This document shows, in pieces, positions 13,231 through 24,729 of a DNA stretch of 64,000 nt; position 1 is the stretch's first letter; the number at the start of each line of letters is the position of its first letter. This stretch comes from Octopus sinensis (taxonomy: Eukaryota), in the NCBI RefSeq assembly GCF_006345805.1, contig NC_042997.1, positions 156,488,001-156,552,000 of the forward strand, given 5' to 3'. Position numbers and translations under genes: made by a program. Below the pieces are notes generated by a model. The model had not been told where the DNA came from, searched no databases, and worked only from the letters and a program-made list of their open reading frames with translations.

Positions 13231-14445
13231 AATTATTTCCTAGAATTGTGACATGACAAAAAAAATCACTCCATAATATTCAGTAATTATAAACATTTGG
13301 AAGCTGTAATAAAATATGTTGAAATAAAAGGCTTCACTTATATTATCTTTCAAATATTTTTTTTTCATGCACTTTGTAAAATACGTTGAAACATTTTTAA
13401 AACAGTTCCATTGCCAAGAAGAAATGTATTGTTATAGCAACAATTTATTAGTCAAATTTACCATTGTAAGCTTTTAGGGATTAAAATTATTATATTAGTG
13501 CAAGAGCAGGGATAAAAACTGGTGATTATGCAAGTGATAATAGCAACTATTTTACAGAAGCAAAAATGTTAAATGTAAACCATTCATATCCACAACAACT
13601 AGCAGTTATTGTTATGGTTATAATGTGTAAAACTATTCAAACTTTATATATTATACTCAATGAGTTTTAAAAGAAGGCAGAAGCTTAAAATGTACAAAAG
13701 AAGTAGCATATAGAGCATGTAATGTTTAACTAATTCTGCAGTATTTACAATTTGAGGCACTGCTAGTTGCTCTAAACTTGAACAAGTTAAAAACATATGA
13801 CAAAAGGTAAAGAATAAAAAAAGATTCAAAGGAAAATTAAAAAAAAAAAAACTTGTATAAATGTGTTTGGAATATAACATTAGAATTGGTGAATGAAAAG
13901 AGAAAATAACAGAAGATATAAAAACAAATAAACACAAAAATGAAACTTTATAACCAGCATGAAATATTTCCTTTTCATTAATCATGCATGACAATTAAGG
14001 GTTTTAATGAAGAGAAAATTGGATTTTGTGAGGTTCATGCTTTTCTCCAAAAGCATTATTGATATTAATTTTGCAAAACATCTGATTGGGAGTCAAAAAC
14101 ATGAAACAAAAATGTGAGTATGCTAAAATCTTAATTGTTAGAGCTGTGAGAGGTTAATGTCATGCGGTTCACTGCACTCTAAGTTCAAATCCTGCTGAAG
14201 CTAACTTTGCCTTGCATCCCTTTGAAGTCGATGGCTGAAAATGTACTAGCAAAGTACTGTAGTCAATTCTCCCCTTTCTCTTTCTCTCAGATTTTGTTAT
14301 ATTGAAGGGACCAACAAATATGTGTCCAAATTGTGACCTCATAAATCCTTTTACTACACCTTTATGAACTTAGAAAGAAAACAGTGGCAATGTTTTCTTA
14401 GATTTGTAGAAGGCCACAAATTCGCAGAAGAACAACATGGACATT

Positions 14446-14866
14446 TGTAACAGGATGAGAGGTCCCCACACTGGATGGGTGCAGCTCGTATCCTTTACAT
14501 TAAGCATTAATTGAAGGAAAGAGTCAAGACTTCAACAGTATAAATATTTATTTTCTTGATTCGCAATATATACATTTCTTCTTTCTGGGTGAATCAGTAG
14601 CCTAGGAGCTTATCACAGTAGTCAAGTGGAGTGAGCCAAATCCTGTCCATTCAAGCATAGTGGAGATACACCACGAGGTAGCAGCTTGAGAGAGTTGAGG
14701 AAACATGACTGTTTTGTTCAGCTGCCGGCGTTCGAGAGAACGATACAAGGGAATTTCGCTGCAGCTAGTTTTTTACGCATGCTTATGAGGGAACTTCCGG
14801 CAAGCCTCCTGGAAGAATCCAACTCTGCACATGCTTGCTGGAGATTTCCAAGATGGCGTCACTACA
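14446..14866 (-). mobile_element. Solo LTR (421 bp) with 4-bp TSD, Gypsy-like
   Basis: TGTA...TACA termini; CATT at 14442-14445 and 14867-14870; AATAAA on the minus strand near 14550; U3 motif block homologous to the LTR at 49710-50154. Confidence 0.85.
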
Positions 14867-14934
14867 CATTTGAACATGACATAGTATATGCTTGAAGCTT
14901 ATTTCATTGAATCTGAAAGGATTTAAACTCAGTT

Positions 14935-15130
14935 TCATGTCAACCTCACTAGTGCTAGTGGCACATAAAAAACACCTAGTATGCTCTGTAAAGTGGTTGG
15001 CATTAGGAAGGGTATCCAACTGTAGAAAGCATGTCAGAGATGACATTAGAACCTGACACAGCCCTGCAGTTCCCTGTCAAACTGTCCAACCCATGCCAGC
15101 ATGGAACACAGACATTAAATGATGATGTAA
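14935..15130 (+). mobile_element. RTE-type 3' tail fragment
   Basis: gtggttggcattaggaagggtatccaactgtagaaa ... catgccagcatggaa ... ttaaatgatgatg. Confidence 0.8.
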
Positions 15131-16682
15131 AGAGATAAAATTCAATATTGTAAGGCATTTAGTCTGGTGCTTTGCCATTTCTACCATACTAATAATAAAT
15201 ACATATGTATTGCTTTTTTACAAGACTTCCATGACTGGAGGAAGAAATGAAAAAGTTATTCACAAACCAAAACCTGACCTGAATGCTTACAACAGAGTGT
15301 ACTTCACTAAAGGTACCCAAGAGCTACCAGATGGTATTAAACTAAGTGATGAATCAAGTTTACTCTCCAAAAATAAGAACAGTCAATTCTAATAGGGTTC
15401 CACACAGTTTCTATCTACCGATTTTCAATCACAAAGCTTTGGTCAACTTGATGCTACAGAGGAGGCCAATTGCCTAAAGTGCTATGCCATAGGAATTAAC
15501 TCAAAGTTACAAATGTGAAGCAAGCTAGTTAACCATGCATCCATTTGTGATCTGCCTGGCATTTGAAATTGAGAATGGTATTGAAATACAAATTGACTTT
15601 AGAAAGTTTAGAGGATTAGAAAAACAATTAATAAGAACCAATCGTGAGGAAACCAGCAGTGGTCAATGTTAGCAAAAATTATTTAGTAGAGATTTAGGAG
15701 TCCCTTGTCCCTGCAGCCTAGACTTTATCAGAATAATAAGTCTGTAAACACAGTTTTAAGTTTCACTAAAACCATCATTCCTTTCTTCCATTAATTTTTA
15801 TCCACTATTTTATCACATTTGTTTGCTTGGTGAGTTTCCTTTTAGATCTAATCAGACACTACTGGAGTTAGGATATCCAAATTTGCTTATCAGGTAATTA
15901 CTGAACAAAATAAAACAAAGGTTTTTTTTTTTTTTTTTTTTCTTTTTTCTTTTTATTCTTTAAAATTTTGCTCTCATTTTATCAAGTTATTTAAATATTA
16001 ATAAGTACATAGCTTAGCTCTATTGAGCATGTCATGTGCTGAGTAAGCCATGGTTATATAAAAGGAAGGGAATGAGTTATGAAAAATTCAATAAAAATAT
16101 GTATGTCCACACACAGGTACATAACAATGCAATTTCTTTCAGATATTAGTGGCTGTAATAGTTAGCAGTGTAACATATAATCAATACAAACACATTATGA
16201 CATTCTTTTGTTAGATACATTAAACATTGTGGTTTATGCCCAGTCTAATATTTCTTGTTATGAAACAGAATAGAAAAAATGGGGCACATTGAATATAGCC
16301 CTCAGACTTCTTACAAGCTTTTTATTAGCACTATATTCCATATTTTTTGGACAGTAATTTATTTATCATGCTTATTTTCCTATAGCTATTTGTCATTCAT
16401 GAAATAAGTAATGTAACTTGAATCTTTCACACAAGTTTTGACTGGCAAAGTTTCAAAATAAACATTAATGGTGTCAACCTCATCAGGCTAGGATGCCTGC
16501 AAAGGCCATAAGCACTGCCTCCTGCTTCTGACCTAGCAAGTAAAAACAAAAATGTATAGAAGCCCTGACACTCTATTGAGTTGCTATTTCAATAAATGTA
16601 AAACACTAAATTTATACTTTAAAAATACTATTCCATGGGAAATGTGCATTCTGAATAGAAAAATAAATTAACAAAAACAAAA

Positions 16683-17092
16683 GTGCTGGTATGGTTGTGT
16701 GATTGAGAAGCCTGCTTCCAAACCATATGGTTTCAGGTTCAGTCCCACTGCATTGCACCCTGGACAAGTGTCTTCTACTATAGCTCCAGGCCAACCAAAA
16801 CCTTGTGAGTAGATATGGTAGATGGAAACTGAAAGAGGCCTGTCATGTGTGTGTGTGTTTGTGTGCACTATTGTCTTGGCAGCATATGATGCCTATAAAT
16901 GAGCATCATCACCATACAAATGATGCCATTCATTTCTAGTCTTCAGTGAAAAACATGTCCAGTTGTCAGAAAATATCACTGTGCTCAGAAACAGATGAAG
17001 GTTGGTGACAGGAAGAGTATCTAGCCGTAAAAAATCTGACTCAACAAATTGTCTAACTCCATGCAGGTAAGGAAAAGTGGACATTAAAGATA
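16683..17092 (+). mobile_element. SINE with family-A head and core but RTE-like tail
   Basis: Head and core match family A to 16845; then gttggtgacaggaagagtatctagccgtaaaaaatctg ... ggaaaagtggacattaaa. Confidence 0.8.
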
Positions 17093-17247
17093 TGTAATCC
17101 AACAGGGCAGTAGTCACCTCTTCTCCTAACAATCAACTCTTCCATAATGCATTATCCCAACATACAATTTCTAACCAAACATGGTGCATGTGAAGTGCAC
17201 CAGTGTCCTAAAAGAAAACCAATGATATTCACTTAAAATATACTTAA

Positions 17248-17468
17248 CCCTTTCGTTACTGTATTTATTTTTGAGATGCTCTGTGTTTCTTTCAATTAAT
17301 TTAAATATAACAGGGAATTTAGTAAAATAACTTAGTTATCATTCAGCTAGTGTTAGGAACATAAATTGTTACTAAGGTTTGGTGGAAGATTTTAATTCAA
17401 AACTTATGAAAACAAGATATTTGTACTCAGAGCCAGAGGCAGTTTCAGCCAGGTTGGTAACGAAAGGG
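17248..17468. mobile_element. piggyBac-type MITE, family 1 (inverted relative to 4390-4609)
   Basis: TTAA on both flanks; perfect TIRs ccctttcgttac / gtaacgaaaggg. Confidence 0.92.
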
Positions 17469-17783
17469 TTAATGCTATACAAATAAAAAAAGAAAATCTT
17501 TCATACACTATATCATCTACAGGATGATAAATTTTATATAGCTTATTTTTAAATTATCTAAATTAAAGCCTTGTTTTAAATTTTTTGTTGTTAATTTATG
17601 CTCCAAATACCAGTTTAATAATGACAAAGTTAATTTAGTAAATTTTTCAGTTTTAAAACTTAATTGAAACAAAAATATTATTTTTCAGCAGAAATATGGT
17701 TACAGTAAAAGGAAAACAGTATCGTAATGGATAAATATATTTTTACAAATATCCAATTTATACCGAGATATATCACTGTTGTT

Positions 17784-18209
17784 GGCGTAGGAGTGGCTGT
17801 GTGGTAAGTAGCTTGCTTACCAACCACATGGTTCTGAGTTCAGTCCCACTGTGTGGCACCTTGGGCAAGTGTCTTCTACTATAGCCTCGGGCCGACCAAA
17901 GCCTTGTGAGTGGATTTGGTAGATGGAAACTGAAAGAAGCCCGTCGTATATATGTATATATATACGACGGGCTTTTAGTATGTGACCTCTTTTAGTATGT
18001 GACCTCGTCTATATCAATAGTGATTTTTCTTTTTCCCCTGTCTTCCCTTCTCGGGATCTTTCCTTCTCCTATGTTTCCGACGAAGAGCTCCGCTCAAAAT
18101 GTCAAACCCTCCTTCTTCCCTTCTTTCCTGACCGTCCAATAATACTTTATTTGTTCCACGTCCTTGCGTTGTTGTTTTTTTGTTTTTGTTTTCTTGTTTG
18201 GATTAACTT

Positions 18210-18256
<47 letters not shown>

Positions 18257-18488
18257 TGTGTGTGTATATGTATGTGTGCATATATGTTTGTGTGTCTGTG
18301 TTTGTCCCCCCAACATCGCTTGACAACCGATGCTGGTGTGTTTATGTCCTTGTAACTTAGTGGTTTGGCAAAAGAGACCAATAGAATAAGTACTAGGCTT
18401 ACAAAGAATAAGTCCTGGGGTCAATTGGCTCGACTAAAGGCGGTGCTCCAGCATAGCCAGTCAAATGACTGAAGCAAGAAAAAGAGTA
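17784..18488 (+). mobile_element. SINE family A interrupted in its TA tract by a ~250-bp insertion
   Basis: Head and core 17784-17960, tail 18215-18488. Confidence 0.9.
17975..18210 (+). mobile_element. Penelope-like terminal fragment with a decayed minimal hammerhead motif (18073-18107)
   Basis: gttt-ccgacga-agagc-tcc-gctc-aaaa-tg-tc-aaac: stems I and II intact, core CUGANGA and GAAA each with one substitution; inserted in (TA)n. Confidence 0.65.
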
Positions 18489-19091
18489 ATCTGTTAGTCA
18501 TTCTTTTTCGTGTGTGTTTTTTTTTTTACATTGCATAATTATTCTTGATACAGTCAGGTAGATTCGAACATGAATATGCTAATTACTGTTGTGCTTTGTC
18601 ACAGAACAACTCCTTTTAGACAAATGTGTATTCATAACATACATGATTCATTAGTGCAAGTGACTCTGGGGCAGCTTGTGTTTCAACATCGTTGTGTCTT
18701 GTCGGCCAGGGGCACTTCTGGACAGAATATAACAAGAGTCAATGCTGTTGTTTTAAACTTTAACCAATAAACTGTTTGCTGATCTGTGCTGATACCTGAC
18801 AACCAATAATAAATTGTTAAATGCAAAGTAAACAACAAGAATTAAAATAATGACTTGTGGATTTATTCTTAATATCTTCTAGCAGATTCAAATGTGAATA
18901 TGCTAATCACATTGCAGGAGAACATTTTCTTTATGACAAATATGTGTTCATAATTCATTTGGTTCAATAGCTCAAGGGACTCTGGGACAGCCAGTGTTTT
19001 TATTGCGTAACTCCAATTATTTCATTAGATTATCTGTTTTTTTTAAAAAATTTGAAGTTTCTATTGACAAACATTCTAGAGGAACACGTGT

Positions 19092-19457
19092 ACTCTTTAC
19101 TCTTTTACTTTTTTACTTGTTTCAGTCATTTGACTGTGGCCATGCTGGAGCACCGCCTTTTAGTCGAAGAAATCAACCCCAGGACTTATTCTTTGTAAGC
19201 CTAGTACTTATTCTATCGGTCTCTTTTGCCGAACCGCTAAGTTACAGAGACGTAAACACACCAGCATTGGTTGTCAAGCGATGTTGGGGGAGAAACACAG
19301 ACACACAAACATATACACTCACATACATATATATATATACATATATACGACAGGCTTCTTTCAGTTTCCGTCTACCAAATTCACTCACAAGGCTTTGGTC
19401 AACCCGAGGCTATAGTAGAAGACACTTACCCAAGGTGCCACGCAGTGGGACCGAACC
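19092..19457 (-). mobile_element. SINE family A, 5'-truncated, young
   Basis: Reverse complement of 3119-3515 from the B box onward; CpGs largely retained. Confidence 0.92.
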
Positions 19458-19609
19458 CACCTACTAAACTATAATTTAATGTAAGTTGTATATCTATAAA
19501 TTTGTAAAGCAAGACTCAATATCTGGAATTCACTCCAGCAGATTCTTATGCACTTCCGTTTCAGTCCTGGGATCAAAAAGGTACTCCCACCCCTGTCTTA
19601 TGTAATAGC

Positions 19610-19790
19610 TCAAGCTGTTAGAAATAGCAGCCAAATAACTCCCTCCCAGATTATTCCCTACTAAAAAGACACATGAGATAATGTAACTCACTGCTTTAAA
19701 AAATAGGTGGAACAGTCATGGCTGGAATGTCTTCAGTCCATCGAATATCCATCAATCGGGGCTGATCTAGAGCTAAACAACAAGAACTAC
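19610..19790 (+). mobile_element. Old interspersed repeat family C (SINE-like 3' part)
   Basis: tagaaatagcagccaaat ... catggctggaatg ... gggctgatctagagctaaacaacaa; related degraded copies near 355-560 (-), 25225-25440, 30935-31100, 50590-50900, 54640-54820, 56890-57030 (-). Confidence 0.7.
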
Positions 19791-20199
19791 CTACATTTTG
19801 GTCTAATTTGGTCAATATGTTTGTGTCTAGTTTAGTAACGTGTAAAACAATGATTGAGTCCAGAGAAAAGAAATTTGCTTTCCTTTGATTGAAATCAACA
19901 TTGCCTATAACAAACTTTCTTTTGAAGTCAGCCTGATTGTTTCAGACTTATTCCTCATAAAGACTAGCTGCTGATATGAAGTCAAGATAATGTCGGTGTT
20001 TTCTTCTTTTCTTTAAGCTTCATATCCCAAGTGTCTTTAATGACATTCACCCTTCCTTCATATAAAGTCTTTTTTTCTTTTCCCATAGATATAATTATGG
20101 TATTAATATTATTTCTATATTGCTAAAGCCAAAATGAGAACAATAACTAATAATGATTGCTGGTTCCTAAAATTTGTCTTTTATCATTGATTTAGAACA

Positions 20200-20213
20200 T
20201 AATAATAATAATG

Positions 20214-20246
<33 letters not shown>

Positions 20247-20693
20247 TAATAATAATAATAATTTATTTCTTTATTACTCACAAGGGGCTAAACATAGAGG
20301 GGACAAACAAGAACAGACAAGGGGATTAAGTCGATTACATTGACCCCAGTGATTAACTGGTACTTATTTAATCGACCCCGAAAGGATGAAAGGCAAAGTC
20401 GACCTCGGCGGAATTTGAACTCAGAACGTAACGGCAGACGAAATACTGCTATTTATAATAATCCTTTCTATTATAGGCACAAGGCCTGAAATTTTAGGGA
20501 AGGGGTTAAATCGATTACATCGACCCCAGTGGTCCACTGGTACTTATTTCATCGACCCTGAAAAGATGAAAGGTAAAGTTGACCTCGGTGGAATTTGAAC
20601 TCAGGATGTAAAGATGGACGAAATGCAACTAAGCATTTTGCCTGGTGTGATAATGATTCTACCAGCTCGCTGCCCTGATGATGATGTTGATGA

Positions 20694-20727
<34 letters not shown>

Positions 20728-20965
20728 GGTGTGGTGGTGGTGGTGGTGGTTTCTGATTTAAGCACAAGATCAACAATTTTGAGGAGAGGGGATATTTGTC
20801 ATCACCATTAGTCCTAGTACCTGACAGGTATTTTATTTTATCGACTACGGAAAGATGAAAGGTAAAGTAGACCTCGGCAGGATTTGAACTGAGAATGTTT
20901 ATAAAAGAGTCAGAAGAAATACTGCAAAGCATTTACCTGATGCTCTACGAATACACCTCCATCAA
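20200..20965 (-). mobile_element. Tandem cluster of three SINE family B copies (tRNA head, gcctttcatcctttcggggtcgat core; probably OR1-like) with (AAT)n and (GAT/GGT)n spacers
   Basis: Repeated gaaaggatgaaaggcaaagtcgacctcggcggaatttgaactc (B box on the minus strand); three tail types. Confidence 0.88.
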
Positions 20966-21779
20966 TAATAAGTAATTGCTAACAATTTACTTCCATTTAT
21001 GAATCAAAGACACTTAATAGAGCTTCTTTATTTTTCATCACAAAGATGATGATAATGACAAAAGGAGGCTGCCATGACGAAAACATTTTGTAGCTGCTGT
21101 TGTAGTCATCCAATTTAAGGATGTTATCAAATTACTAGTTATATTAGCAAGCTCAAACATTTTGAACATAATTGTATTGCCAACACATCAACAACTTTAT
21201 TACTTTCGTAGCCATTTCCCATGTGTGCCAACCTTACAAAATCCAACGTTTACAACTTTCAGAATTAATTTCGGCTGCAGTTGAGCTAAAATGACAGGCT
21301 GTAATAGATTCCTTGAAATTTATCTGAGGGTGGATTTATCAGCTGCCTCATCATAAACAAGCCCTTTTCTGTTTTTAGCAGAGTCCACTCCAAAGCAAAA
21401 CATGGCCAAGTCTCCAGTACTAGAAAAGAGGTGGGAGCGGAGAAAGAAAGAGAGAAAGAGAGAGTGAGTGTGTGTGTGTGTGCATTCATACACATGTGTG
21501 TGTGTATGCATTCATACACATGTGTGCGTATGTGTGTGGTTGGACACGTGTTTGTGTGCAAAAATCCATGTGTCAGAAAAAAGCAGACATTTATGTATTA
21601 GTGAAAGAGTGGGTTTGTTACTATTATTATTAATAAAATATAATATTTTAGCTTCGTAATAGCCAAATCATAATTACACTGTAATATTGTGTAATAATAT
21701 ATATATGATAATTATGGTTTCGTTAAATATTTTGTTTTATGTTCTTTTTTCAAAAGACGGAAGCAACAACTAGGGAAAG

Positions 21780-22620
21780 AACTCATTATGAATTGTGATT
21801 AGTATATAAGCATACAAGTAATGCAACAAGTATATTTTTTGATATCATCAAGCAATATATTATCAAGTAATGTCATACAACCAATCGATTACCAAAGTTT
21901 TAAGCTAATATTGCCACTAGATAATATTGATGACTCTTCAGATATGTAGGCTTGAAATGCATAACCTCTTTTATATGAGAGATATACAAATTCCAGGTTG
22001 GCTTGCTTATGGCCAAAAAAGAGGAATAAACCCTAGTCAAAAAACTATTTGGTGGGAGAAAAGAAATTATTTCCCATAGTCTGGTATTAGCTATGGTTAA
22101 AGCACGTGCACATGCATGCGTGTGAATGTTTATATCACACTCCAGTTCAAAACAGAGAAGACCAGGAAAAAGCCTAGATCATGTGAACCTTTTGGAATGA
22201 TTCTCCTCTCCAATAAGCAGAGCCTGCGCTTTCTACTTCCATTAAGATACAGCCAGAACTATTCAGCAACCTCCAATTGATATGATATGGTATTGCTTCC
22301 TCATTTAATCATCAGATATAGGTGGCTAAAGTTATAACATTACACCTTACCTGGATTCTAAAGGAGGATCTGTGATTATTCAGCTTACTCTTAAATGAGC
22401 TCTTCATTGCCCCAACATATTTCTATGTGTGAGCCATACTCCTGGTGTTGGTTGACACTATCTCTGCCTCATAGACCAATGGTTCTGGGTTGATTGGTCA
22501 TTAACTCATTGTAAATCCTACATGAGCATCAAGCAACAAACTCAAACACTTTCTATGAAATCCATGATATACATAGGATGTTATGATGTGAAGTTTCTGG
22601 AGTTGTGTTTTGGGTAAGTT
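21780..22620 (-). pseudogene. Penelope-like element: GIY-YIG endonuclease remnant plus downstream terminal region
   Basis: Minus strand 22530-22190 reads CSCR..LVYEAEIV..KYVGAMKSSFKSKLNNHRSSFR..TLATYI..L....IPYHINWRLL..YLNGSRKRRLCLLER, typical of PLE GIY-YIG domains; decayed hammerhead-like motif at 21885-21945. Confidence 0.8.
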
Positions 22621-22936
22621 GGCAGGAAAGAGAGTAGAAGGCTGGATTAATGATAGGGATAATTGAGAAAAAGAGAGTAATAGAGTTAAAAGGTGATAGA
22701 ATGAGTTGTAAAAAAATAAGAGTCAAGGGCTATCCAATATTATAAAGAAGTATGGGAAGGTTTGAGGGATAGGTGAGGGAAGGAAGCAAGGAACCCTGAG
22801 TCATTAAAAGAAAGAGAGGTGCTGGGGGTTGCAGGATAGATCACAGGGGGGAAAGACAAGAGAGGTGTGAGGCAGAGAGGTTATGGTGGGAGTGCAGTGT
22901 CAAAAAGAAAAAAGGAGGCAAAGGGTGAAGGATATA

Positions 22937-23758
22937 CAAAGTCTGATCAGTAAGTATCCGGATTGTTGCCATAGTAACAAAGCTAAAGCACACCGCGTGA
23001 AGCTGCTTGGCATGCGCACTAAGTTTTAATGTTCTAGCTCACTCCCACTGTTTACAGCAGTGCTTGGAAGGAATGTGTGTAGAATGTGATTGAGGCCTAC
23101 GCAAAGTTACAGAAAGTGTATGGAGAGGAGTGTATGAGCAGCACACAAGTGTAAAAATGGGTCAGATTTTTCCAAGATGGCCGAAAAAATGGTGATATTG
23201 ACAAATGTTCTGGGAGACCTGCAACCAGCAGAATCGAGTAAAACATCACAGATGTGCATGCAGCTGTGAGGGGGAAATCATTGAATCTCTATCTGTGAGT
23301 CATCAGAGGATGTGCAGATTAGTTACAGTCCAGTTCAGTCCATTATCACTGAAGATTTCGGTATGAGACACGTGTCTGACAAGTTTATGCCAAAATTGCT
23401 TTCAGCTAATCAAAAAGACACTTGAGTTTCAGTTACACAAAATCTCCTTGATCATGTCGAGAATGATGAAAACTTTTTGAAAACTATGTGTAGGCCTCTG
23501 AGCAAGTATCACCAAGCTTTTGTCAAAATTTGATGCAGATTCTCTGCTCAACTTTCTCTGTCATGGTCAATGTAATGATCACACGCTACACACCTTCCTT
23601 CCAAGCTCTGCTGTTTACAACAGAAGCAAGCTAGAATGTTAAAACTTAGTGCGCATGCACAGCAAAGTTGAAGGTCAGTTTGTGCCAAATGGCTTCACTG
23701 TGTGTGCTCTAGCTTCATTACTATGGCAACTGTCCAGATATGTATTGATCAGACCATG
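22937..23758 (+). mobile_element. Non-autonomous mariner derivative with long inverted arms
   Basis: TA on both flanks; termini caaagtctgatcagtaagtatccgga / tccagatatgtattgatcagaccatg; internal HTH remnant YAKLQKVYGEECMS..V..W...F.DGR..SGRPATS..KFMPKLLS. Confidence 0.9.
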
Positions 23759-23799
23759 TATATATATATATATGTATATATCATCATCATCATCATCAT

Positions 23800-24678
23800 C
23801 ATATATTTATTATGTAAGACTGAAGTGAGAAGGTAGGAAGGTCCTGTGGCTTACATGCCTACCTACAAGTAATTTTATTCAATATTTATTTTTGCTTGCA
23901 AAAGCTGGTTCTTTTTGGTTGAACTATCATAACTCCAGCTGCTTCAGATGCTAAGATATCAAAAATTGTCAAATTGTAGTACAACAGTTTTTGTTATAGA
24001 ATGACGAAGCTATTTTTTTTTCATTTTCTGGATAAGCAATGTTTTTGACTTACGACACTTTTGCATAATTGCTATGATATATTTATAATATATAGATAGA
24101 TAGACAGATACATATGTACATAAATACATTTATACATATAGACTTATTTTATAGAACTATGTGTGTGTGTGTGTGTGTGCACGTGCGCATATGCAAAAGC
24201 ATTTGTATATAGGCATATAGATGTTTATTATACTAAAAAAACAAACATCTGAGAAAACAAAGAGAAAAAAGAGTATTCAATACCTATTGTAGAGTTTATC
24301 CTGCTTATTGCAGGCTGAAAGCTTCAGTATCTTTATTTAGTGATTCATATTTTTAATCAACAGAGTGTAGGAAATTTGAAACTCAGAGTAACTGTTTTCA
24401 GCTTACAATTTACATATGGCTTCAAGGAAGATATGCAATGACCCACAAGCATTCACCTCTGAGTGCACTGTTTCTTATAGCAAAAACAGCTGTAAGCTAA
24501 TGAAGTTGATTATGTAATTCCTGCTCCCTTGTCATTTACTAAGTAATATTAGACTCACAGGTTATTGGTACTCACAGGTTATTGGTACTGCTACACCTAA
24601 GCAAAATGATAAAATGTGTGTGTGTGTGTTTGTATGTGCATGCATGTGTAAACATACATACAAACATGCATGCACTCG

Positions 24679-24729
<51 letters not shown>

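Noticed and set aside
16400-16533. Minus-strand splice acceptor followed by GC-richer sequence, with similar cases near 7758 and 58419
   Set aside because: Frames close quickly, no convincing donor and no recognisable peptide.
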